From positions 14,673 to 78,672 of the forward strand of contig JAZSIQ010000107.1 in the NCBI GenBank assembly GCA_045533875.1: DNA of 64,000 nucleotides. The letters run 5' to 3'. A program made the translations under genes and the position numbers. Below are positions 40,245-48,936 of this stretch, in pieces. This stretch comes from Acutalibacteraceae bacterium. Lineage in GTDB: Bacteria > Bacillota > Clostridia > Oscillospirales > Acutalibacteraceae. The notes below the pieces were generated by a model. That model was not told the DNA's origin. It did no database searches and was given only the letters and a program-made list of their open reading frames with translations. Positions within the stretch are counted from its first letter, which is position 1. Each line of letters begins with the position of its first letter.

Positions 40245-40311
40245 GCCCCCGTAGCTTAAAGCAGAGCGTTGTTCAATCACAAAGGTGACGGTGCGATTCC
40301 GTCCTAGGGCA
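40245..40311 (+). ncRNA. tRNA-like element (degenerate tRNA or tRNA mimic)
   Basis: Acceptor GCCCCCG/CTAGGGC (5/7 paired), D arm GCTT/GAGC, T arm GACGG-TGCGATT-CCGTC, anticodon arm only 4 bp plus 6-nt loop. Confidence 0.65.
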
Positions 40312-40339
40312 AAAATATTTTCAAGCGAGGTTAAAAACA

Positions 40340-40618
40340 ATGTACGAAGACAAAACACTCACCTGCAAGGAATGCGGCGAAGAATTCATTTTCACAGCCG
40401 GCGAACAGGAATTCTATGCTGAAAAGGGTTTCGTAAATGAGCCCCAGCGCTGCAAGGCTTGCCGTGATGCACGCAAGAATGTTGCCCGTGGAGAACGCGA
40501 ATGGTTTGAAGCTACCTGTGACGAATGCGGCGGCGTAGCAAAAGTTCCCTTCAAGCCCCGTGAGGACAGACCTGTTTACTGCAGCGAATGCTTTGCAAAG
40601 AAGCAGAATCAGGACTAA
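40340..40618 (+). CDS. Zinc-ribbon protein (zf-trcl plus CxxC-x17-CxxC)
   Basis: DKTLTCKECGEEFIFTAGEQEFY..EPQRCKACR, then ATCDECG..VPFKP..PVYCSECF. Confidence 0.92.
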   Translation: MYEDKTLTCKECGEEFIFTAGEQEFYAEKGFVNEPQRCKACRDARKNVARGEREWFEATCDECGGVAKVPFKPREDRPVYCSECFAKKQNQD

Positions 40619-40634
40619 TTAACTTGCAAAACTC

Positions 40635-40671
40635 AAGCACCGTGAATCGCAAGATTCGCGGTGCTTTTTTC
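40635..40671. terminator. Terminator
   Basis: aagcaccgtgaatc/gattcgcggtgctt plus T run. Confidence 0.8.
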
Positions 40672-40676
40672 TTTCA

Positions 40677-41327
40677 TCAAAGCATGAGCTTTTCCAGAGC
40701 CTTTACGCTGTCCGCTATATAATCGGCGCCAGCCTGCGCCAATTCTTCTTTGCTCCCGAAGCCGTAGGTGACGCCTATGCTTTTTACCCATGCTTCCCTT
40801 GCGCCGAGGATGTCAAAATGTCTATCGCCAACCATAACCGTTTTGCTTTTGTCTGCACTAAGCTGAGCGCAGGCGGATTCCACAAGGGCGGTTTTGCTAG
40901 AATCCGTATTTTTAAAGTCGGGGGCGCTTATTGCCCCGAAGAATTCACCGTAGCCGAGATGCTCAATGATTTTTCTTATAAACTTCTCGGGCTTTGCGCT
41001 GGCAATTGCAAGATTTGTTCCGTTTGCATGAAGAGTGCGTATAAGCGAATCCATTCCCTCGTAAAGCTCAAACATATATATTCCATTTTCGGAATAGTTG
41101 GCTCTGTAAATCTTAACGGCTTCCTCTGCGGTTTCTTTGTCAATGCTAAGGGTGCGCATGAAGCTGTCAAGCAGGGGAGGACCAACGAAGGAGCGAAGCT
41201 GTACCTCGCTCAGAGGCGGAAATCCGAGCTTTTTTACTGCAATTGATGCGCAGGTGAAAATACCTTTTGAGGTATCGGCAACCGTTCCGTCAAAATCAAA
41301 AAGAACAAAATCAAAATTTCCTGCCAC
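40677..41327 (-). CDS. HAD-IA hydrolase (Gph-like)
   Basis: FDFDGT, ASAKP, MVGDRHFDILGA. Confidence 0.9.
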   Translation of the reverse strand: MAGNFDFVLFDFDGTVADTSKGIFTCASIAVKKLGFPPLSEVQLRSFVGPPLLDSFMRTLSIDKETAEEAVKIYRANYSENGIYMFELYEGMDSLIRTLHANGTNLAIASAKPEKFIRKIIEHLGYGEFFGAISAPDFKNTDSSKTALVESACAQLSADKSKTVMVGDRHFDILGAREAWVKSIGVTYGFGSKEELAQAGADYIADSVKALEKLML

Positions 41328-41439
41328 AAAATCACCCTCCTTTTAAACAAAATTGATTATAACATACTTTACTTTTTAATAAAAGCGTTATATAATAATT
41401 TTTTAGTAAATGAATTCGCTTTCGTTGGAGGTTTTATAA

Positions 41440-42627
41440 ATGGAATATAAGTTTTCAAAGGGTATAGCTGAGCTTAAGCCCTCGCTTATCCGTGAAATTC
41501 TTAAAAGCACCGCAGGTACCGATACCGTGCCCCTTTCGGCAGGCAACCCTGCACCCGATGCTTTCCCTGTTGACGATGTAAAAAAGATAATTAACGATGT
41601 GTTTGAGAATGAGCCCGTGCTTGCTCTCCAGTACGGTGTAACCGAGGGCTATGTGCCTCTTATCAGCGAGCTTGAAAAGCTCTGCAGGGAGCGTTACGGT
41701 GTTTTCGGGGAGAATGATGCGGTTATGGTTACCTCGGGCGCTCAGCAGATTATGAGCCTCCTTTCCCACGCAATGCTTAATTACGGTGATACCGTAATTT
41801 GCGAAGAGCCCTCATTCATCGGCTCTCTCAACTGCTTCAGAGCATTCGGCGCAAATCTTGTAGGTGTACCTGTTGAGGCGGACGGTATGAATATTGCAAG
41901 CCTTGAAGAAGCGCTTATCAATAATCCCGATGCAAAGTTTATTTATACAATCCCCAATTTCCAGAATCCCTCAGGCGTTACGATGAGCCTTGAGAAGAGA
42001 AAGGCAGTTTATGAGCTTGCCAAAAAATACGGCGTGCTTGTGCTTGAGGATAACCCTTACGGCGAAACAAGGGTTGCGGGCGAGGATGTGCCCGCAATAA
42101 AGACCTTTGATGAGGAAGGTATTGTGGTTTATGCAGGCTCTTTCTCAAAGATTGTTGCGCCCGGCATCAGAGTAGGCTTTGTGTGCGCAAACAAGGAGCT
42201 TATATCCAAAATGACTGTTGTAAAGCAGACTCAGGATGTTCATACTCCGCTTTCCTCTCAGCTTATTGTTTACAAGTGGCTTACCGAGTGTGATTTTGAA
42301 GCTCATATTCTTAAAATCAAGGATATTTACCGCAGGAAGCTCAATCTTCTTTGTGATTGCATTGATAAAGAACTCAGCGAGTTTGTTGAGTATATCCGCC
42401 CCGAAGGCGGTCTGTTTGTGTGGTGCAAGCTGGCTGACCATATCGATATGCTTGATTATTGCAAGAAGGCTGCCGCTGCAGGCGCCGCTGTTGTGCCCGG
42501 AGTTGCATTCCTTTGCGATGAAAGCGCAAAAACCCAGTACATCCGCCTGAATTTCTCAACCCCCTCCGATGAAAAAATCGTAAAGGGAGTTAAAATTCTT
42601 GCCGATGTTGCACGCACTTATGAATAA
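41440..42627 (+). CDS. PLP-dependent aminotransferase class I/II (LysN/ARO8-like)
   Basis: SAGNP, YTIPNFQNPSG, EDNPYG, GSFSKIVAPGIRVG. Confidence 0.9.
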   Translation: MEYKFSKGIAELKPSLIREILKSTAGTDTVPLSAGNPAPDAFPVDDVKKIINDVFENEPVLALQYGVTEGYVPLISELEKLCRERYGVFGENDAVMVTSGAQQIMSLLSHAMLNYGDTVICEEPSFIGSLNCFRAFGANLVGVPVEADGMNIASLEEALINNPDAKFIYTIPNFQNPSGVTMSLEKRKAVYELAKKYGVLVLEDNPYGETRVAGEDVPAIKTFDEEGIVVYAGSFSKIVAPGIRVGFVCANKELISKMTVVKQTQDVHTPLSSQLIVYKWLTECDFEAHILKIKDIYRRKLNLLCDCIDKELSEFVEYIRPEGGLFVWCKLADHIDMLDYCKKAAAAGAAVVPGVAFLCDESAKTQYIRLNFSTPSDEKIVKGVKILADVARTYE

Positions 42628-42651
42628 TAACCGAAAGGATTGTTATAAATT

Positions 42652-43662
42652 ATGGAAAATACACCCGTTGAACGCAAAAAGCGAGTTTTAAGTCTTATCC
42701 AGCCCACGGCGGTGCCCACCCTCGGCAACTACCTCGGCGCGCTCAAGAACTGGAAGAATATGAGCGAGGATTATGACTGCATTTACGGCGTTGCCGATTT
42801 GCACGCTCTTACAATCCATCCCGACCCTGCAAGCCTTCGCAAGCAGTCGCTTGAGATGTTTGCGCTTATGCTTTCTGTCGGTCTTGACCCTGAGAAGAAT
42901 ATTGTTTTCTTCCAGAGCCATGTTCACACACACAGCGAGCTTGCATGGATTCTTAATTGCTATACTCAGTTCGGCGAAGCATCAAGAATGACTCAGTTCA
43001 AGGAGAAATCTGCAAAGCACGCAGGCAACATCACCGTTGGTCTGTTTGACTATCCCGTGCTCATGGCGGCGGATATTCTTATTTATCAGGCCGATTTTGT
43101 TCCCGTAGGAGCTGACCAGAAGCAGCACCTTGAGCTTGCAAGGGATATTGCCGACCGCTTCAATACAATGCGAGGCAATACCTTCGTGCTTCCCGAGCCT
43201 TTCATAGGCAAGGTAGGCGCAAAGATAAGCAGCCTTCAGGATCCTACCCAGAAGATGTCAAAGTCAGACCCCAACCCCAAGGCATCCATTTCGCTGCTTG
43301 ACCCTCCCGAGGTTATTCTCAAGAAGTTCAAGTCTGCCGTTACGGATTCCGAGGCTGTTGTAAGATATGCTGACGGTAAGGACGGCATCAACAATCTTAT
43401 GGCAATCTACTCCTGCTGCACCGGCAAGAGCTTTGAAGAGATTGAAAATGAATTTGCGGGCAAGGGCTACGGCGATTTCAAGGTTGCTGTTGCAGAGTCT
43501 GTAATCGAAGAACTCCGCCCCGTTCAGGATAACTTCAAGCGTCTCATTGCCGATAAGGCTTACCTCAACGAGGTTGCAAAGCAGGGTGCAGAGGCGGCAA
43601 CAAGAATTTCTCAGCGTACCCTTGCAAAGGTACAGAAAAAGGTCGGCCTTTATATGCCGTGA
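42652..43662 (+). CDS. trpS: Tryptophan--tRNA ligase
   Basis: QPT..TLGNYLGA, YPVLMAADIL, VGADQKQH, KMSKS. Confidence 0.97.
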   Translation: MENTPVERKKRVLSLIQPTAVPTLGNYLGALKNWKNMSEDYDCIYGVADLHALTIHPDPASLRKQSLEMFALMLSVGLDPEKNIVFFQSHVHTHSELAWILNCYTQFGEASRMTQFKEKSAKHAGNITVGLFDYPVLMAADILIYQADFVPVGADQKQHLELARDIADRFNTMRGNTFVLPEPFIGKVGAKISSLQDPTQKMSKSDPNPKASISLLDPPEVILKKFKSAVTDSEAVVRYADGKDGINNLMAIYSCCTGKSFEEIENEFAGKGYGDFKVAVAESVIEELRPVQDNFKRLIADKAYLNEVAKQGAEAATRISQRTLAKVQKKVGLYMP

Positions 43663-43680
43663 TAAAATATGCGGATTTAA

Positions 43681-43772
43681 TGAATTCTTTTTCAGCATAT
43701 TTTCATAAAAATTCATAAACAGTGAATAAAAATTCAAAAAGCGCTTGACTTTCTGAATATTTGCTGTATAAT
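43681..43772 (+). promoter_or_regulatory. argGH promoter with ARG boxes
   Basis: Perfect TGAAT-AAAA-ATTCA (43723-43736), partial boxes at 43681 and 43702; TTGACT-16-TATAAT. Confidence 0.85.
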
Positions 43773-43806
43773 CTAACCATTGTCAAAAAATATCGGAGGT
43801 ATTATC

Positions 43807-45030
43807 ATGAAAGAAATCAAAAAAGTAGTTCTCGCATATTCCGGCGGTCTTGATACATCAATCATCATCCCCTGGCTTAAGGAAAACTATAACAACTGTG
43901 AAGTTATCGCTGTTTCGGGCGACGTAGGTCAGGGCACTGAGCTTGACGGTCTTGAGGAAAAGGCAATAAAGACCGGCGCTTCCAAGCTTTACATTGAGGA
44001 CCTTAAGGAAGAGTTTGTAAACGAATACATTTTCCCCACCCTCAAGGCAGGCGCTGTTTATGAGAAGGATTATCTCCTCGGCACATCCTTTGCACGCCCC
44101 GTAATCGCTAAGAGAATCGTTGAAATCGCTAAGGCTGAAGGCGCTGACGCTATCTGCCACCGCTGCGCAGGTAAGGGTAATGACCAGGTTCGTTTCGAGC
44201 TTGCTATCAAGGCTTTTGCTCCCGAGATGCAGATTATCGCTCCCTGGAGAATCTGGGATATCAAGTCCCGTGAAGAGGAGATCGAGTACGCAGAAGCACG
44301 CAACATTCCTCTTAAGATTAACCGTGAAACCAACTATTCCAAGGATAAGAACCTCTGGCACCTTTCCCACGAAGGTCTTGACCTTGAAGACCCTGCAAAC
44401 GAACCCCAGTATCTTAAGGAAGGCTTCCTTGAGATGGGCGTAGCTCCCGAAGCAGCACCCGACAAGCCCACATACGTTACCATTTCCTTTGAAAAGGGCG
44501 TTCCCGTAGCACTTGACGGTGTTAAGATGGGCGGCGTTGAGATGATTACAAAGCTCAACGAAATCGGCGGCGCAAACGGTATCGGCCTTGCAGACCTTGT
44601 TGAAAACCGTCTTGTAGGCATGAAGTCCAGAGGCGTTTACGAGAATCCTGCAGGCGCTATCCTTTACAGAGCTCACGAAGTGCTTGAAACCATCTGCCTT
44701 GACAGAGATACTCAGCATTATAAGGAGCAGGTTGCTCTCCGCTTTGCAGAGCTTGTTTACTTCGGTCAGTGGTATACTCCTCTCAGAGAAGCTATCTCCG
44801 CTTTTGTTGATTCCACTCAGCAGACCGTAACAGGCGACGTTAAGCTTAAGCTCTACAAGGACAACATCATCAACGCAGGCGTAACCTCTCCCTATTCACT
44901 TTACAGCGAAGCATTCGCAACCTTTGATGAGGATGAGGTTTACAACCAGAAGGATTCCGAAGGCTTCATCAACCTCTTGGGTCTTCCTCTCAAGGTAAGA
45001 GCAATCCTTGAAGCTGAAAGAAACAATTAA
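43807..45030 (+). CDS. argG: Argininosuccinate synthase
   Basis: [29 protein letters not shown]; several atypical residues (see findings). Confidence 0.95.
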   Translation: MKEIKKVVLAYSGGLDTSIIIPWLKENYNNCEVIAVSGDVGQGTELDGLEEKAIKTGASKLYIEDLKEEFVNEYIFPTLKAGAVYEKDYLLGTSFARPVIAKRIVEIAKAEGADAICHRCAGKGNDQVRFELAIKAFAPEMQIIAPWRIWDIKSREEEIEYAEARNIPLKINRETNYSKDKNLWHLSHEGLDLEDPANEPQYLKEGFLEMGVAPEAAPDKPTYVTISFEKGVPVALDGVKMGGVEMITKLNEIGGANGIGLADLVENRLVGMKSRGVYENPAGAILYRAHEVLETICLDRDTQHYKEQVALRFAELVYFGQWYTPLREAISAFVDSTQQTVTGDVKLKLYKDNIINAGVTSPYSLYSEAFATFDEDEVYNQKDSEGFINLLGLPLKVRAILEAERNN

Positions 45031-45044
45031 GTAATTAAATATAA

Positions 45045-45079
45045 AAAGAGTGACTGCATTCAGGATGCAGCCACTCTTT
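45045..45079 (+). terminator. Hairpin between argG and argH
   Basis: aaagagtgactgcat/atgcagccactcttt. Confidence 0.55.
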
Positions 45080-45101
45080 GCGTTTACTGAAAGGAGTAAA
45101 T

Positions 45102-46409
45102 ATGAAGCTCTGGGCAGGCCGCTTTTCAAAGGAAGCGGATAAAAAAACCAACGATTTCAACTCCTCCATTGCAACCGATTCAAGGATGTATGAGGAGGAT
45201 ATTACAGGCAGCATCGCTCACGCAACAATGCTTGCCGCCAAGGGTATAATTTCAAAAGAGGATTCTTTGCAGATTTGCACCGCTCTTGCCGAAATTAAAG
45301 AGGAAATTGCAAACGGAACTCTGCTTATTGACCCCAATGCAGAGGATATACATACTTTTATCGAGGCAACTCTTACCGAGAGAATCGGCAGCGCAGGCAA
45401 AAGACTGCATACAGGCAGAAGCCGTAACGACCAGGTAGCGGTTGACATTCGCCTTTATCTGAGAAAAGAATGCGATGCGCTTTATGAGCTTGTTGAAAAG
45501 CTTATAGCATCCATTGAAAACAAGGGTGATGAATATAAGGACGCAATTATGCCCGGCTATACTCACCTTCAGAGAGCGCAGCCCATTACCTTCAAGGCTC
45601 ATCTTACCGCTTACGTTGAAATGCTCAAGCGTGACCTTGGCAGACTTGCCGATGCAAAAAAGAGGATGAACGTTTCTCCTCTGGGCAGCGGAGCCCTTGC
45701 GGGCACAACCTATCCCATTGACCGTGCGATGACCGCTCAGTTGCTCGGCTTTGATTCTTATACCCTCAGCACCCTTGACGGTGTGTCGGACAGAGACTTC
45801 TGCCTTGAGCTTGCAAGCGTGCTTTCAATAATTATGGTGCATCTTTCAAGGCTTTCGGAGGAAATAGTAATCTGGTGCTCCTGGGAATTCAAATTTGTTG
45901 AGCTGGACGATGCTTTTTCAACCGGCTCCAGCATAATGCCCCAGAAGAAAAACCCCGATATCACCGAGCTTGTAAGAGGCAAATCGGGCAGAGTTTTCGG
46001 CGACCTTATGACTCTTCTCACCGTTATGAAGGGCTTACCGCTTGCATACAATAAGGATATGCAGGAGGATAAGGATGCGATTTTTGATGCTTTTGATACC
46101 GTCAAAATCTGCGTGGATACTCTTATCCCCATGATTGATACGATGAAAGCTATTCCCGAAAATATGAGAAAAGCGGCGGCAGGCGGATTTATAAACGCAA
46201 CTGACTGCGCTGATTACCTTGTTTCAAAGGGACTTCCTTTCAGAGATGCATACAAGGCAACGGGCGAGATTGTAGCCCTTTGCATAAAGAGCGGCGAAAC
46301 ACTTGAGAGCCTTTCGCTTGATAAATACCGTGAGGTATGCGAACTGTTTGACGAAGGCGTTTATGAAGCAATAAAGCTTGAAAACTGCGTAGCACGCAGA
46401 GGAATGTAA
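45102..46409 (+). CDS. argH: Argininosuccinate lyase
   Basis: LWAGRF, HTGRSRNDQ, GSSIMPQKKNPD, YNKDMQEDK. Confidence 0.97.
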   Translation: MKLWAGRFSKEADKKTNDFNSSIATDSRMYEEDITGSIAHATMLAAKGIISKEDSLQICTALAEIKEEIANGTLLIDPNAEDIHTFIEATLTERIGSAGKRLHTGRSRNDQVAVDIRLYLRKECDALYELVEKLIASIENKGDEYKDAIMPGYTHLQRAQPITFKAHLTAYVEMLKRDLGRLADAKKRMNVSPLGSGALAGTTYPIDRAMTAQLLGFDSYTLSTLDGVSDRDFCLELASVLSIIMVHLSRLSEEIVIWCSWEFKFVELDDAFSTGSSIMPQKKNPDITELVRGKSGRVFGDLMTLLTVMKGLPLAYNKDMQEDKDAIFDAFDTVKICVDTLIPMIDTMKAIPENMRKAAAGGFINATDCADYLVSKGLPFRDAYKATGEIVALCIKSGETLESLSLDKYREVCELFDEGVYEAIKLENCVARRGM

Positions 46410-46412
46410 TAT

Positions 46413-46447
46413 AAACACGGGTTGTCACAGACAGCCCGTGTTTTTTT
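46413..46447 (+). terminator. argH terminator
   Basis: aaacacgggttgtc/gacagcccgtgttt plus T run. Confidence 0.8.
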
Positions 46448-46453
46448 GCATCA

Positions 46454-46620
46454 GAAAAGCGCCCTCTTTACGAGGACGCTTTTCCTTTTGCATTGGGTTT
46501 TGAATTGAGGAGGGGTATTGTAGTCCCATGCGGTCGGGACTATAGAGTCGGCAAAGGGTGCGGCTCCCTTTGACCTCCGACTGATTGAAGTATAGCCGCC
46601 AAATATTAATCCTGTATGAA
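46454..46620 (-). ncRNA. Candidate orphan small RNA
   Basis: Two stable hairpins with CCGCA loops, a CCCCTCCTC tract and its own terminator; possible TTTACA-17-TAAAAC promoter. Confidence 0.5.
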
Positions 46621-46662
46621 TATTGTTTTAACTTATTGGGGATATTTTGTAAACTCTGAAAA

Positions 46663-47838
46663 TCAGGTTTCAAGGTAATCGGAAATAGCGATAACGCCGC
46701 CGTCCTCACGGAAAACACGGGGAACTCTCTTGTTGATGCCGCAGATTATTTCGTAATTTATCATGTCACACTTTTTTGCAATATCCTCTACCGTTATAAC
46801 ATCGCTGCCGAAAACGGTTACGGACATTCCCTCGTGAATATCCTCAATATCCGAAACATCGAGGATGCATTGGTCCATGCATATCCTGCCCAGTACGGGC
46901 ACTTTTTTGCCGTTTACAACCATGTACGCACGGCCTGAAAGCTTGCGTGGCAGACCGTCAGCATAACCTACAGGTACGGTTGCAACCTTCATCGGTTTAT
47001 CGGAAACAAAGGTGCCGCCGTAGCTTATGGGGGTGCCTGCAGGGATGGTTTTGACCATGGAAACCACGGTTTTCATCTGCATTACGGGCTTTAAACGAAT
47101 GTGGCTGCCCACATATTCTGAGGGCGCAAGACCGTAAAGAATAATGCCGGGGCGCACAAGGTCAAGCTGCATTTCGGGGTAAATGACAGTTGCGGCGGAG
47201 TTGCAGCAATGCTTTAATTCGAATTTAGTACCGAGAGCCTCAACCTCATGAATAAGCTTTAAGAAAAGGTCATATTGCAGGCGGGTGAAAATCTCGCCGT
47301 TTTCTTCATCGGCAAGTGCAAAGTGAGTGAATATTCCTTCAGGATAAAGACCGGGGAGGGAGCAGGCGTTTGCAATATCCTGCGCCGTAGCGGCATCAAG
47401 CTCGGAATCGTGAAACATAAAGCCGAGGCGGCTCATGCCTGTATCAACTTTAATATGTATTCTTACTTCAACGCCGTTTTCTTCGGCATCGGCAGAGAGC
47501 GCAGCGGCATATTCGGGATTAAAGACCGCCTGAGAAATTCCGTTTACCGCAAGGGATACGGAGTATTCGGGGGGAGTGTAGCCAAGAATAAGCACACAGC
47601 TTTCGGGTGAAACGCTTTTAACCTGCATTGCCTCTTCAAGATTTGAAACGGCAAACCACTCACAGCCGAGTTTGACAAGCTCTTTAACGATATACTCAAC
47701 ACCGTGACCGTAGGCATCAGCTTTTACAACTGCCATGATTTTAGCACCCGAAGAAATCTTGCGGCAGATTTCGCCGTAGTTTTCACGCAAAGCGTCCGTG
47801 TCAATATTCAGCCATGTTCTTCTGAAATATTTTTTCAC
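46663..47838 (-). CDS. alr: Alanine racemase
   Basis: AVVKADAYGHG, HIKVDTGMSRLG, VRPGIILYG, GYADG, GRICMDQ. Confidence 0.96.
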   Translation of the reverse strand: MKKYFRRTWLNIDTDALRENYGEICRKISSGAKIMAVVKADAYGHGVEYIVKELVKLGCEWFAVSNLEEAMQVKSVSPESCVLILGYTPPEYSVSLAVNGISQAVFNPEYAAALSADAEENGVEVRIHIKVDTGMSRLGFMFHDSELDAATAQDIANACSLPGLYPEGIFTHFALADEENGEIFTRLQYDLFLKLIHEVEALGTKFELKHCCNSAATVIYPEMQLDLVRPGIILYGLAPSEYVGSHIRLKPVMQMKTVVSMVKTIPAGTPISYGGTFVSDKPMKVATVPVGYADGLPRKLSGRAYMVVNGKKVPVLGRICMDQCILDVSDIEDIHEGMSVTVFGSDVITVEDIAKKCDMINYEIICGINKRVPRVFREDGGVIAISDYLET

Positions 47839-47970
47839 TCCTGAGGCCTCCAATGATATTTTATGCCGATAATATACCAGTCTAATATATAATTATATGA
47901 TTTAAATTAAATTATGTCAAGAAAATTCACGGCTGCAGATACGTTCGTATCCGCAGCCGTGAATTTTTTG

Positions 47971-48924
47971 TTAAACAAGGTCGATTGTCACATCGTATAT
48001 ACCCATCCAATGCTCCATGGCATAGTTCCTTGCCCTGAGCATTACGCAGTCATCATAAACCTCAACTATGTAGCCGCAGCCGCTTATAAGATTACCGCCT
48101 TCGGCGTTGAAGTACATATATGAGGGAAGGTTGATGTAATGGACATTGCTGTGGGTTTCAACGCTTGCGTGACCCAGGATTTTCTGGGTGAGGCCGCCTC
48201 TGAAGCCTGCATGGATGTGACCCGAGAAATAGAAAACATTTTTATATTTCTGAAGAACCTCTTCAACCTCAGCGCTCTGTCTGCTTGTGGCATCCTCGGG
48301 CCAGAGCTCGGCTTCGCCGTTGGTGCCTGCGATTACCCAATGGCAAAAAACAAAAGCGGGCATGCCGTTTGCGGTGGCATCTGCAAGCTGAGCATCAAGC
48401 CAGGCTATCTGCTCTGCGGAGATGTCAGCTCTTGTGCTGTCACCCTCGCTTGACATGATGATGATTTTGTAGCCGTTAATTTCGGTAGAATAGTAATTCT
48501 TTTCAAGCTTCCTGCCGGAATACTCATTGTAGTAATCAACAAAATAGCTGTATGAGGCCTCGGGTCCGAGGTCGCTCCAGGTGTCATGATTGCCCACGCA
48601 GGGAAGGAACATGGGGCCGTCAACACCGTTTTTGACGCATTCGTATAAATTCTCGAATTCGCTCTGTTCGCCGTTATCCGTCATGTCGCCAACGTGAATA
48701 ATGGCGTCAACATCATCCCGGCTGAGCGCTTCAAAGCCGTGGGTAAGCATGGTGTTGCGGGCGGGGCTGCCGTTGATGTGGGTATCGGAAATGGTTGCAA
48801 AGGTGAGATTTACGGCATCTTCATCCTTCGCTTTGATTTTCTGACCGAAAACGGGCGAGAAAACGGAGGTGAAGAAGAAAAGAACGCTGATTACGCCGGA
48901 GAGAAGTGAAAGTAAAAAGTTCAT
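47971..48924 (-). CDS. Exported calcineurin-like metallophosphoesterase
   Basis: SDTH, GDMTD, GNHD, FCH, SGHIH motifs; hydrophobic N-terminus. Confidence 0.85.
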   Translation of the reverse strand: MNFLLSLLSGVISVLFFFTSVFSPVFGQKIKAKDEDAVNLTFATISDTHINGSPARNTMLTHGFEALSRDDVDAIIHVGDMTDNGEQSEFENLYECVKNGVDGPMFLPCVGNHDTWSDLGPEASYSYFVDYYNEYSGRKLEKNYYSTEINGYKIIIMSSEGDSTRADISAEQIAWLDAQLADATANGMPAFVFCHWVIAGTNGEAELWPEDATSRQSAEVEEVLQKYKNVFYFSGHIHAGFRGGLTQKILGHASVETHSNVHYINLPSYMYFNAEGGNLISGCGYIVEVYDDCVMLRARNYAMEHWMGIYDVTIDLV

Positions 48925-48936
48925 TTTGAATTCTCC

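Noticed and set aside
40245-40311. Functional tRNA after sigH
   Set aside because: The anticodon arm is 3 nt too short with a 6-nt loop, the D loop lacks GG and the acceptor has two mismatches. Kept only as a tRNA-like element.
42700-42740. TLGN instead of HIGH in trpS
   Set aside because: A common variant of the class I signature in bacterial TrpRS.
43858-44718. 286-aa minus-strand ORF
   Set aside because: Antisense shadow of argG caused by codon bias.
46500-46600. argH-alr element as a ZTP riboswitch or 6S RNA
   Set aside because: CCGACCGCATGGG resembles the ZTP 3' hairpin, but the GACUG(A/G)CGGA partner is missing and no gene lies downstream on either strand. There is no long 6S-type rod with a central bubble.
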